64,000 bases of DNA from Clostridia bacterium (lineage in GTDB: Bacteria; Bacillota; Clostridia; Lachnospirales; JAOARL01). Shown in pieces: positions 49,342 through 59,038 of this stretch; position 1 is the first letter of the stretch; every line of letters begins with the position of its first letter. The translations under genes were made by a program, and so were the position numbers. The notes below the pieces were generated by a model. The model saw nothing but the letters and a program-made list of their open reading frames with translations, did not search any database and had not been told where the DNA came from. Location of the stretch: assembly GCA_025210555.1 (NCBI GenBank), contig JAOARL010000005.1:55671-119670 (forward strand), written 5' to 3'.

Positions 49342-49952
49342 TATTGATCCCCCTCCTTTCTATTTATTTGACGCTTCACGTTCATTTTTTGTTCCATTAT
49401 TTTTTTAAGATTTTCTCTAGCTCTTGCTATTCTTGACTTAACAGTTCCTTCTTTTATTTCTAATACCCCTGCTATTTCAGTATAAGAAAAGCCATTTATA
49501 TCTCTTAACACTATAATAGACTTAAATTCTGGTTTAAGTTCATCTATGCATTCTCTAACTTCTTTAATAGTTTCATTTTCGATAGCCTGTTCTTCTGGAG
49601 ACTTAACAGCTGATTCAAATTCTCTCATTGCCTTGCTTTCAGCTGTTTCTATTTCTTTATCCATTGAAACCTCTTTTTTGTTTTTTCTTTTTCTTATTTC
49701 ATCTAAGCAAGTATTAACTACAACTCTATACACCCATGTAGAGAACTGTGACTCAAAATTAAATTTTGATAAATTCTTATATATTTTAATTAATGCTTCT
49801 TGTGCCATATCATTTGCATCTTCATGATTATTAAACATTCTATATGCTATGTTATATATTTTGCTTTCATATCTAAATACTAAGCCTTCAAAAGCATTTA
49901 TATTGCCACATATGGCATCTTCAATCAGCGATCTTTCTATATCATTACTCAT
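49341..49952 (-). CDS. ECF-type sigma-70 family sigma factor
   Basis: 203 aa. Region 2 DMAQEALIKIYKNL...STWVYRVVVNTCLDEIRKRK. Region 4 FSYTEIAGVLEIKEGTVKSRIARAR. Confidence 0.88.
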   Translation of the reverse strand: MSNDIERSLIEDAICGNINAFEGLVFRYESKIYNIAYRMFNNHEDANDMAQEALIKIYKNLSKFNFESQFSTWVYRVVVNTCLDEIRKRKNKKEVSMDKEIETAESKAMREFESAVKSPEEQAIENETIKEVRECIDELKPEFKSIIVLRDINGFSYTEIAGVLEIKEGTVKSRIARARENLKKIMEQKMNVKRQINRKEGDQ

Positions 49953-50019
49953 ATATATTCCCCTTTCTCATTTTTTTATAATTATACTTTATATAAATTC
50001 AAAAATAAAGTAAAGTATA

Positions 50020-50048
50020 TTGATTTATGAACATCATTATGCTAATAT
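50020..50048 (+). promoter_or_regulatory. Sigma-A-like promoter of tRNA-Leu
   Basis: TTGATT, 17 nt, TAATAT, ending 8 nt before tRNA position 1. Confidence 0.45.
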
Positions 50049-50056
50049 TTTCCTAT

Positions 50057-50139
50057 GCAGGTGTGGCGGAATGGCAGACGCAGTGGATTCAAAATCCACC
50101 GATAGTGATATCGTAGGGGTTCAAGTCCCCTCATCTGTA
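50057..50139 (+). tRNA. tRNA-Leu (anticodon CAA), type II with long variable arm, no encoded CCA
   Basis: Hand-folded. Acceptor GCAGGTG/CATCTGT (1-72 is a G-U pair), D-arm GCGGAATGGCAGACGC, anticodon stem-loop GTGGATTCAAAATCCAC, variable arm CGATAGTGATATCG, T-arm AGGGGTTCAAGTCCCCT. Confidence 0.85.
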
Positions 50140-50176
50140 TTATATCAACTCTAGTAGTTGTTTTTTTATTGCATAA

Positions 50177-50202
50177 AAATAGAGACTATTTAGTCTCTAT
50201 TT
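50177..50202. terminator. Hairpin between tRNA-Leu (+) and the Nudix gene (-)
   Basis: 12-bp stem AAATAGAGACTA/TAGTCTCTATTT. Confidence 0.5.
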
Positions 50203-50204
50203 AG

Positions 50205-50714
50205 TTACTTGTTTTTCATTTTCAAATGCTGATAGGCAATTATAGTTTTACCATCTGCAATTTTACCTTCATCAATTAAAACTTTCATTTCATCTAATGT
50301 TACCCAAATTCTTCCTGTAACATCATCATCATCTGTTATTATTTCATCTACTGCATCTACATTAACTACCACATCATATAGAGTTATTTTTGCATCACTA
50401 GAACCAATCATCATATAGTAAGTATAGAGTTCATCCATACTCACTATATTTTCTGGTTTTATATGAGCTTCTTCTTCTAACTCTTCTTTAATAATCTGAA
50501 GTCCATCTTCTCCAGCCTTATCAATACAACCTGCAACAATCTCTAGTGATTCCATTCCAACACAAGGTCTATATTGTCTAACTAAAAGTATCTTTCCCTC
50601 TTTATTAGTAACAATAGCTCCTGTCCCATCCATAGAGACTACCTTTTCGTAATCTCTGTCACCATATTTGAATTGTTGCATTTGCATCCATCCGTCATAA
50701 ACTATCTTTGCCAT
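50205..50714 (-). CDS. Nudix hydrolase (ADP-ribose pyrophosphatase-like)
   Basis: Nudix-box-like GCIDKAGEDGLQIIKEELEEEA. ATG 50714 preferred (GGGGA 4 nt upstream), 8 nt after the giant ORF stop. Confidence 0.72.
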   Translation of the reverse strand: MAKIVYDGWMQMQQFKYGDRDYEKVVSMDGTGAIVTNKEGKILLVRQYRPCVGMESLEIVAGCIDKAGEDGLQIIKEELEEEAHIKPENIVSMDELYTYYMMIGSSDAKITLYDVVVNVDAVDEIITDDDDVTGRIWVTLDEMKVLIDEGKIADGKTIIAYQHLKMKNK

Positions 50715-50722
50715 TTTATCCC

Positions 50723-53700
50723 CTACTTGCTCCATATTTTAAGTGTTTTAATTGTCTTATTTCCTAATTGATCTTGTACCTCAACTGTTATAATCAAGAA
50801 ACCACTCTCAAGCCCTGATATAGCTTCTTTTATTATATCATTCTTACTTTCTGTTTTACCTGTAAGCTCTGATTTTCCACCATTAATTTGAACTGTTGCT
50901 CCGTCTTTATTTTCAACATAAATTTTATAATAATTACTCTTAGATACATTATCCGTAATTTCAATATTTAGCTGTATTTTACCATCTGCTGCAATGTATG
51001 CACCATTTTCAGTTGTAATATTTATAACAGGCGCTGTCATATCTAATGTATAGTATAAAATTTGATTTTCACTCTCTACATCAAACTCATTCTTTGTTTT
51101 AATGTAAATAGTTTTAATGCCATTATCACCTATTAAAGTTATTTTTCTTTTAAATTTATCTCCTGTTATAGCTTCCCATGGAGACCAAGACATACCATCA
51201 TATGAATATGACACATCTGTAGCATTAACTACATCAAGTTCTACTACAACTATATTTGATGATGTTAAATAAGTACCTGATGACTCATCATATTTACCAT
51301 TATTTTCTTTAAGGTTATCTGATATATTATTGTCTACTGGAGGCTTATTTATAATTGGAGTTACATTATCTTTTGTATCATATGTTATTTCTTCTGAAAT
51401 TTCAGTTACGTTCATTGCTTTATCCATTACTCTAACCGTTATTATTTTAAGTCCTTTGTTTGGACCTAAATCAAATCCTGAGTAGAATCTTCTATAATCT
51501 CCATACTTATTAGTAGTCCAGTTTTCATTTTCAAATGCATATGCATTACTTGATGTCTCATCATTAACTTTTGTAAGTTTTCCTGTTACCTTATCTTTAA
51601 TATAAGTATTTATAACAAACTGTACTTTTAATTCCTCAGAGTTAGTCTGATTATCAGCAGCTATTAATTTCAGAACAACATCTCTGTTAGTTGTAAGATC
51701 ATCTCCATAATTAATTTCAAATGCTGATATTGTTGGTTTAATTTTTTCAACAATAAACAGGAAATCTTCATTCCATATTGTTGCTTGATTTTCCTTATTA
51801 CCTGTTTGTGTTGATCTTGTCTTTGTTCCAATTTTATATTTTTTACCACCAGTTAATCCTGAAACTTTAACTCTAGTTTTAGTAGAGTAACTTGATTCAG
51901 ATACTACAGTATTAGTTCCAGCATTATAAACTATAACTTTATGTTCTGGTATTTCTTTGTTCATAACAGTATTAGTTATAACAAATGTCATATCTGTTTC
52001 TGTCATTTCAACAATATCTAAACTTAGTGGATTTTTTGCAGATATATTTACATTTTTAGTGTCTGTTATTACTATATCTGAACTTCCATCTTTAGGTTTA
52101 ACTGTTATTTTAACTTCAACTTTATATATGTCATTTCCATACAAATCACTTATTGAAATATAATCATTGTTTGACCAATCTACAATCTGTGTTTCTCCAT
52201 CGTTTAATGTATACTCATACTTGTATCCGCTTTTACTAACCAAGTTAGTATCATTAATATTTGGACTTATCTTTATTCTATAATTATATTCATCTATTGA
52301 AATTCCTGTTACTGCAAGACTATTTGATGTCTTTGTAAAACTTATAGATTTCTTATATGATTTCTTTCCAGCTACATCTTCTGTCCATAAGTATAATGTA
52401 TTTTTCCCTATAATCACTTCTGCTTTTCCAGCTAAATCAATACTATATTTCACTTTTTCAAAACCTTCAACAGAATTAACTGTAGCAACATCAAACGCTG
52501 TTCCTGAATTAATCTGTGCTTTTATAGTTGTATCTCTTCCAACTGCAATACTTGTAATATTAAGTTCTAAATTTAAGTTATTATATACAATTTCATTATC
52601 TTCGGGGCTAAGCACATCAAATTCTGCTGCTCCACTTTGAGCTAATTCATAAGGTTTTCCATATGTACCTATTCCCTTTATCTCTTCATTAATAGCTACA
52701 GTGTGTATTGCCATTGTAGTCATATCTACTGTTGATAATAAACTTATATCATTACCATCAATACCTACAACCTTATTTATAACTCCACTCTTTTTAAAGT
52801 ATTCACCTAATATTATTTCTGAAGTATGTTTAGCTGGAACCCTATAAGGATCTCCCTTATCCCCTCTTCCAACTAATGTTTCATACTCATCAATGAAAAT
52901 AATTGGTCTTATCCCCACTAAAGAATCATACGCTTTATCATAAGTATTATTTATGTCATAGTTTCCTATTACCCTTACACTGCTATTATCATAAGTATAT
53001 GGTGTTCTTAAGAAATATTTAGCATATCTCTTAGCATCATATAATCCAAACTCAGAGTTTTGTTCTAATACAGATAAAAGTGGCTTAGCTAAATAATAAT
53101 CATTATTTACACTACTGCTATCATATATGTTTTTATAAATTTCTTCAGTTGATGGAAGTACAACTCTATCTCTAAAATATTTGAAATACGAATCACTATA
53201 ATTATCAGCTATCCCTCTTATACTTGGTATATATGAGTTGAATTCTGTCCCTCCATCAGCATAATTTCTTTCAAGTGAACTAACTACAGTTTTGTATTCT
53301 CTTTCACTAAGTGCAAGCATCTCATTATTACTAAACATAGTTAAAAATCCTTTTGATGTATCATATGGATTTTTATTATCCCTTACGTTAGCTGCACTTG
53401 GTGGGTTTTTAGTATAAGTAACTGTATCTTCATTAGAATTTAGCCACTCTCTTATATTACTAGTTTCCCAGCTATTTGAACCATTGTCTTCTCTTTCTTT
53501 TATCTCTGAAGAATCTCCACTTGCATCATAAGCTTTAAAGTCTATTACACTATTAGCAATATACTTATTATCATCTGATATTTTTCTCCAAAGAACCTTA
53601 CCATCATAATTTTGAATAACTTCTGAAGGGTCTCCTTCAACATATGCTAACTTATAAGTTCCAAACTTTTTTTGAGTTTTATCTATTTCTGAAAGTATTG

Positions 53701-56700
53701 TTTTATAATATGTTGTTACAAGCATATTTCTTTCATCTACTGTAAATTCATATAAAAACCCTGCTTCTGATCCATAAGCATTTTGTCCTGAAGTAGGTGC
53801 ATTATGTGAATAACTAACAGTAGCACTTTCAGAATTCAGCCACTCATTAATGTTTGATGTTGCATAATAGTTAGCTCCAAAAGAAGTTCTATCGCTGCTT
53901 CCTCTTCCGCCAGCATCATCTCCACTATTATCAAATTTCTTAAGCGCTAAAATTTTATCTGATACAAGTTTTATTGCAAAACCATCATTGTCTATTACTC
54001 TCCACAAAATAGCATTTGACTTATAATTACCAAGTGTTACATAATCTCCTATATCCAAGTCTTTACTCTTTAAACTTGATGAAATAGAACTTGATAATGT
54101 ATAAGCATTTTCTTTCTTTCCCGTTCCTGAATTTAAATTTATATCATTTTTTATCATTGTCATAGGTCTTATTCCAATATCAGGCGAATCAGCTTTAGTT
54201 TTAATTATACTCCCATAATTATCTACTATTCTTACTTCTGATCCATTTTCTGAAACTGGAGTTCTTAAGTAATATTTCCAATAACTTGAATCTGTTAAGT
54301 CTATATCTTTTACTTCTGAGTCTGTAACTGCTGCAGAAGTTGGATATGCTTTATAATAATCTGATTCTCCTAATAAAGAATTAGAATAAATATCTTTATT
54401 TATTTCTTCAATACTTGGCAACCATACTTTGCTACTTGTAACTTCTGCATAAGCCTCATCTTTTTTACCAGCTTTTAAATAACTACCTGTCTTTTCTGAG
54501 GTTATTTTATAAGGACTTACATCCGTTCCTTCTCCTTCAATTTGAGTTCCATATTTTATGTAAATTACTGGTCTTATACCCCATTTAACGTCATAAGCTC
54601 TATATAACTTTCCTCTACCTGCTGACTCCATTTCTCCTAATCTAGAGATAGCTATTAATCTTGATCCATTCATTGAGTTTGGTGTTCTTGTTAAATATTC
54701 AACTCTACTTGTATTATCTAAATCAGAATATGTGCTATTCAAATTGGCTATAAGATTGCTAGTAACAATACCTTGCACATCATTTACTGCATATTTTTTA
54801 ATCTCTTCTGTTGATATTAATGCTACTTTACTTTTTTCTATGTCATAATTTGCCATGTTATAATTGTTATCACTTTTTACATCTGCATGAGCTCCGCTAA
54901 AATTGAAAGATTCTATTCCTCCATATTTTGTACTACTATCTGGATCAGACAGAAGAACCTTGCTCTTAAATTCCTTTAATGCATCAATTTCAGAATCTTT
55001 GAAACCACTTAAAAATCCACTTTCTAAGTTGTATCCATTAACCCCTCCATTTAAATTAGCACTACTTGGAACCTGATATCCCCCATAATCAACACTACTA
55101 TTTTGACTATTTAACCAAAATTTTATATTTGATTTCATCCAATAATTTGATCCATACTCAACTCTATTTACAGCTGGTCTTCCATCTACTAAATCTCCTT
55201 TAGCATCAAAGGCTTTTAATGTTATAACCTTGTCTGAAAATAACATTACACCCTCTTCATCTTTGTTTATAACTTTCCAATTTATAGGTGATCCGTAGTA
55301 ATTACCTACTTTAAACATGTCGCCTATTTTTACATTATCTGATATAGTTGCATCTACTTTGGTTTCAACATATTCATTTTTAATAACTGCCCCATGAATC
55401 GTTGCATCATTATTATTATCTGAGGAATCATTTAACTTATTTGAATCAGAGTTAGTTATCATATACTTTGCAATAACATTAGCATTAATACCTTTATCAT
55501 TAGCATTGTTTTCTGATAACATTTTAATTTCTGATGAACTTAATGCTTTATCCCAGTATCTAGCATATTTAATTTTACCATTAAACCATCTTGTTCCATC
55601 TAATCTACCTAAGACAGCTGGCGAATCAGCAATATTAGGTACACCATTAACGGATTCTACCTTTCCAGTAACAAGTTTCCCGTTAACATATATTTTACTT
55701 GTTGAACCTATAACTCCTGGTGTCTTAGTTACTGCTATATGATACCAAGTATTTGGTTTAAGGGCTTCATCTGCTCTAAATCTATTAACCCAAAAATCTA
55801 ATGCAGGTCTTCCTTCTCTAAGAGTTAAACTAAGTCCTCTGTTTGATACACCTACTGAATTATTACCCATTATAGAAGGATAATTACTATTCCACGCTGC
55901 ATCTGAACGGAAAACAGCTTCCATAGTAAATTCAGCATCTCCATATATTCCTAAATTCTTATCTGAAATAGCATAATCATTGCTACCATCAAAGTCTAAC
56001 ATAGCATCTCCAGTAATTAAATCTTTAGATATTCTTTCAGGATAATTTCCTAAATATCCATAATTACCGTTTCCAGATGAGTCTCCAACATATAAGCCTG
56101 TTGGTTCATCAAATTTCAGAAGCATCTTAAGTCCTGTTTCATCACCTGATAAAGCTTTGTTCATTGCCTTATTAACTTCACTTTGACTTGCTTCTCTATT
56201 CCATATACTAACATCATCTATTTCTATTCCCGCTCTATCCCAAGCACCTGATATATATATATCATTTTCTTGATAAGTTATAGTTCCATCAACAACTTGT
56301 GTATCAACCAACACACCATCGATATATATTTTTTGTTCATTTGTTATAGAGTTGTAAGTATTTGCTATAAAATATTCTCTATTCCACTCTAACTTTTGTG
56401 ATGAATGATAATATTGATTTGGCATTCCTGATAATCCAAAACCGTAAGTTCCATCTGAATAAAGTTCTGTTGTATATCCATACCATGTTGTTACTAAACA
56501 ATGTCTTTTTCCTATGTCTTTAGCTTTCATTCTAAACATTATACTTATATCTTGTGTTTTAAGCTCTGGATTGTGTTTTACAACAACGTAATCATTTATT
56601 CCATCAGTCTTAATCTTTCCATCTGCACTATAATCAATCACTTCATAGGCATCATCTATAGCTCCTGTACCTTTTACCATACTAGATCTACCATCTAGAT

Positions 56701-57550
56701 AAAGTGCTGGTCTAATACCAAATCCGTTACTAGCACCTCCTGTACCTATTATAGATGATGTATTTATCCCTATTCTTAAAGGACTAATATTATTATTTGA
56801 ACCTGTTCTTAGCCAATGCCAATGATTATTATTTACATTTATTCCATGTCCTGCAATGTCAGCTCTTACTGCTTCAGGCGTAGGTTTTGCCAAACAATAC
56901 TCATGGGAATCTGCTATTTTAGAATTATTATAAATGTAATCATTTAATTCTTTTATGCTTAAGAAAAATACTCTGTCTTTTAATTTCTTATAATAAGCAT
57001 TATCATAATTGCTATCAACTCCGACCCAACTAATAGCTTCTGTTCCACCTTCTTTTTGAGAAATCTCTTCAGAAGAAAGAATTGACTTATGTTCTACTGT
57101 TAATATTTTACTCTTCTCTATTTCAGTGAAATTATGCAAAAACCCTTCTGAATTATCATACCTATTCCCATTAATTGGCGGCATTGTTAACCAGTTTACT
57201 TTAGCCTCACTATTTAACCACTCTCTTATATTTGAGGTTTCCCAGTTATTTGATCCATATCTTTCTCTACCATCAAACACTTTTGGCAAAATGCTAGTAT
57301 CTGTTCCCGTAGAATTTTCACTTTCATCAAAAGCTTTTAAATCTAATAATTTATCACTTAGAAGCATTAAATCTTCTACACCATCATCATTTATATCTTC
57401 TTTATGTATAATTCTCCAATTTATTTGCGCTCCATAATATCTACCAAACTTAACGTACTCTCCAATTTCAGCAGTAGTTATATCTACTGCATTTGATTCT
57501 GTAATAATCATAGACAACATACATATTGCTACTAATATCTTCTTAAACAT
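50723..57550 (-). CDS. Giant secreted multi-domain protein (2275 aa): recurring ~260-aa module, two LamG-like domains, Ig/FN3-like tail
   Basis: Signal peptide MFKKILVAICMLSMIITESNA. Recurring GSN.WETSNIREWLNS / YLRTP / GIRP motifs. RBS AGGAGG. Confidence 0.85.
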   Translation of the reverse strand: MFKKILVAICMLSMIITESNAVDITTAEIGEYVKFGRYYGAQINWRIIHKEDINDDGVEDLMLLSDKLLDLKAFDESENSTGTDTSILPKVFDGRERYGSNNWETSNIREWLNSEAKVNWLTMPPINGNRYDNSEGFLHNFTEIEKSKILTVEHKSILSSEEISQKEGGTEAISWVGVDSNYDNAYYKKLKDRVFFLSIKELNDYIYNNSKIADSHEYCLAKPTPEAVRADIAGHGINVNNNHWHWLRTGSNNNISPLRIGINTSSIIGTGGASNGFGIRPALYLDGRSSMVKGTGAIDDAYEVIDYSADGKIKTDGINDYVVVKHNPELKTQDISIMFRMKAKDIGKRHCLVTTWYGYTTELYSDGTYGFGLSGMPNQYYHSSQKLEWNREYFIANTYNSITNEQKIYIDGVLVDTQVVDGTITYQENDIYISGAWDRAGIEIDDVSIWNREASQSEVNKAMNKALSGDETGLKMLLKFDEPTGLYVGDSSGNGNYGYLGNYPERISKDLITGDAMLDFDGSNDYAISDKNLGIYGDAEFTMEAVFRSDAAWNSNYPSIMGNNSVGVSNRGLSLTLREGRPALDFWVNRFRADEALKPNTWYHIAVTKTPGVIGSTSKIYVNGKLVTGKVESVNGVPNIADSPAVLGRLDGTRWFNGKIKYARYWDKALSSSEIKMLSENNANDKGINANVIAKYMITNSDSNKLNDSSDNNNDATIHGAVIKNEYVETKVDATISDNVKIGDMFKVGNYYGSPINWKVINKDEEGVMLFSDKVITLKAFDAKGDLVDGRPAVNRVEYGSNYWMKSNIKFWLNSQNSSVDYGGYQVPSSANLNGGVNGYNLESGFLSGFKDSEIDALKEFKSKVLLSDPDSSTKYGGIESFNFSGAHADVKSDNNYNMANYDIEKSKVALISTEEIKKYAVNDVQGIVTSNLIANLNSTYSDLDNTSRVEYLTRTPNSMNGSRLIAISRLGEMESAGRGKLYRAYDVKWGIRPVIYIKYGTQIEGEGTDVSPYKITSEKTGSYLKAGKKDEAYAEVTSSKVWLPSIEEINKDIYSNSLLGESDYYKAYPTSAAVTDSEVKDIDLTDSSYWKYYLRTPVSENGSEVRIVDNYGSIIKTKADSPDIGIRPMTMIKNDINLNSGTGKKENAYTLSSSISSSLKSKDLDIGDYVTLGNYKSNAILWRVIDNDGFAIKLVSDKILALKKFDNSGDDAGGRGSSDRTSFGANYYATSNINEWLNSESATVSYSHNAPTSGQNAYGSEAGFLYEFTVDERNMLVTTYYKTILSEIDKTQKKFGTYKLAYVEGDPSEVIQNYDGKVLWRKISDDNKYIANSVIDFKAYDASGDSSEIKEREDNGSNSWETSNIREWLNSNEDTVTYTKNPPSAANVRDNKNPYDTSKGFLTMFSNNEMLALSEREYKTVVSSLERNYADGGTEFNSYIPSIRGIADNYSDSYFKYFRDRVVLPSTEEIYKNIYDSSSVNNDYYLAKPLLSVLEQNSEFGLYDAKRYAKYFLRTPYTYDNSSVRVIGNYDINNTYDKAYDSLVGIRPIIFIDEYETLVGRGDKGDPYRVPAKHTSEIILGEYFKKSGVINKVVGIDGNDISLLSTVDMTTMAIHTVAINEEIKGIGTYGKPYELAQSGAAEFDVLSPEDNEIVYNNLNLELNITSIAVGRDTTIKAQINSGTAFDVATVNSVEGFEKVKYSIDLAGKAEVIIGKNTLYLWTEDVAGKKSYKKSISFTKTSNSLAVTGISIDEYNYRIKISPNINDTNLVSKSGYKYEYTLNDGETQIVDWSNNDYISISDLYGNDIYKVEVKITVKPKDGSSDIVITDTKNVNISAKNPLSLDIVEMTETDMTFVITNTVMNKEIPEHKVIVYNAGTNTVVSESSYSTKTRVKVSGLTGGKKYKIGTKTRSTQTGNKENQATIWNEDFLFIVEKIKPTISAFEINYGDDLTTNRDVVLKLIAADNQTNSEELKVQFVINTYIKDKVTGKLTKVNDETSSNAYAFENENWTTNKYGDYRRFYSGFDLGPNKGLKIITVRVMDKAMNVTEISEEITYDTKDNVTPIINKPPVDNNISDNLKENNGKYDESSGTYLTSSNIVVVELDVVNATDVSYSYDGMSWSPWEAITGDKFKRKITLIGDNGIKTIYIKTKNEFDVESENQILYYTLDMTAPVINITTENGAYIAADGKIQLNIEITDNVSKSNYYKIYVENKDGATVQINGGKSELTGKTESKNDIIKEAISGLESGFLIITVEVQDQLGNKTIKTLKIWSK

Positions 57551-57559
57551 AACTACCTC

Positions 57560-57907
57560 CTAATTAATTTGAATTATATTTTTAAGTTTATTTCCTAGAT
57601 GCTCTAATTCTTCTTTTTCTATATTTTTAATTTCCTCTAATCTTTTTTCTTCATTTCCTTTTAGAAAGTTTTTTTCTACTAAATATATTTTATATAAACC
57701 CAAACTTTCAAAATCATTTATAGTTAATTCTTTGCTTTCTTTAGCACTAGTCAAAGCATCTTTTATTTCTTCAACTTTTACTTCTCTAGAATATCTTTTT
57801 ATTGTAAATAATATTGAATTAATGCATTCATCTCTTTCTTCACAAAAGTTACTAAGCCAATTTTTTTTTGATTCTTCTTTTGTTGGAATATTTTCATATA
57901 TACTCAC
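57560..57907 (-). CDS. Hypothetical small helical cytoplasmic protein
   Basis: About 115 aa. GTG 57907 (GGGAG 9 nt upstream) overlaps the ldhA TAG by 1 nt. The track start ATG 57916 has no spacer to the RBS. Confidence 0.5.
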   Translation of the reverse strand: MSIYENIPTKEESKKNWLSNFCEERDECINSILFTIKRYSREVKVEEIKDALTSAKESKELTINDFESLGLYKIYLVEKNFLKGNEEKRLEEIKNIEKEELEHLGNKLKNIIQIN

Positions 57908-58947
57908 TAGAAACATCTCCCTTTCTCGTTTTTAGTACACTTTTCTTTTTTACATCTATAACACACTTCATTTGTATATGCCTTATCATCAGCATACTCT
58001 TTTATATTTTCAAGCGTTACTCTAGCAATGTTTGTTATCGCTTCATTTGTAAAGAATGCTTGGTGTGATGTCAAAAGTACATTAGGTAAACTAATAAGTC
58101 TTGCTAACATATCATCCTCTATTATTTCACTTGAGAAATCTTCAAAGAAATATTCATTTTCTTCTTCATAAACATCAAGTGCCGCTGATCCAATTTTCCC
58201 ACTTTTTAGTGCCTCAATTAAATCTTTTGTATTTATAAGTCTTCCTCTACCTGTGTTTACAACCATAGCATTTGGTTTCATAAAGCTTAATGTTTGCTCG
58301 TTTATCATATGGTAAGTTTCTTTTGTAAGTGGACAGTTAAGACTAATTATATCTGATTTTTCTAGAAGATCCGTTAAATCAACATATTCATATCCAAGTT
58401 TTTCTGCTGCCTCTTCGTTTGGAAACTTGTCATACGCTAATACTCTCATTCCAAAACCACTGAGAATTTCTATTAGAGTTTGTCCTATCTTACCAGTACC
58501 TATAATACCTATTGTCTTTCCTCTCATATCAAATCCCATAAGTCCATTTATAGTAAAGTTACCATCTTTAGTCCTATAATAAGCTTTGTGTATTTTCCTA
58601 TTCATTGAAAGTATTAATCCAACAGTATGCTCAGCAACTGCATATGGAGAATACTTTGGTACGTTTGCTACGTTTATTTTTTCATATGTTTCTTTAAGAT
58701 CCACATTGTTGTAACCTGCTGATCTTAAAGCTATAAATTTAACTCCATTCTCATACATCCTGTTAATTGTTTTGCTACCTAAATCATCATTAACAAAAGC
58801 ACATACAACGTCATATCCTTTCGTTAAATCTACTGTTTCTTCAAGTAATCTTGTTTCAAAATATTTTATATCATAACCAAACGATTTATTCATATCATCA
58901 AATATTTTTTTATCATAAGGTTTAGTGTCAAAAAATGCTATTTTCAT
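57907..58947 (-). CDS. ldhA: D-lactate dehydrogenase (D-2-hydroxyacid dehydrogenase) with Cys-rich C-terminal tail
   Basis: 346 aa. MKIAFFDTKPYDKKIFDDMNKSFGYDIKYF parallels the E. coli LdhA N-terminus. GIIGTGKIGQ, LTSHQAFFT. Extra tail CYRCKKEKCTKNEKGRCF. Confidence 0.88.
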   Translation of the reverse strand: MKIAFFDTKPYDKKIFDDMNKSFGYDIKYFETRLLEETVDLTKGYDVVCAFVNDDLGSKTINRMYENGVKFIALRSAGYNNVDLKETYEKINVANVPKYSPYAVAEHTVGLILSMNRKIHKAYYRTKDGNFTINGLMGFDMRGKTIGIIGTGKIGQTLIEILSGFGMRVLAYDKFPNEEAAEKLGYEYVDLTDLLEKSDIISLNCPLTKETYHMINEQTLSFMKPNAMVVNTGRGRLINTKDLIEALKSGKIGSAALDVYEEENEYFFEDFSSEIIEDDMLARLISLPNVLLTSHQAFFTNEAITNIARVTLENIKEYADDKAYTNEVCYRCKKEKCTKNEKGRCF

Positions 58948-59038
58948 ATATTCCTCCTATATTACATTCTAATATAATTATACCTTAACTTATTCATTTA
59001 TGGTATACTAAAAACATAAAATTTTAAGGAGTGATATT

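Noticed and set aside
50057-57550. tRNA-Leu as an integration site, with the giant gene and Nudix gene as a genomic island.
   Set aside because: There is no integrase, recombinase or phage gene, and I could not find a direct repeat of the tRNA 3' end downstream. The composition looks like the rest of the window.
57861-57869. An A9/T9 homopolymer inside the small ORF upstream of the giant gene as a phase-variation switch.
   Set aside because: Runs of this length are frequent throughout this AT-rich window (many A8-A10 tracts in terminators and Lys-rich coding regions). There is no evidence of variability from a single sequence.
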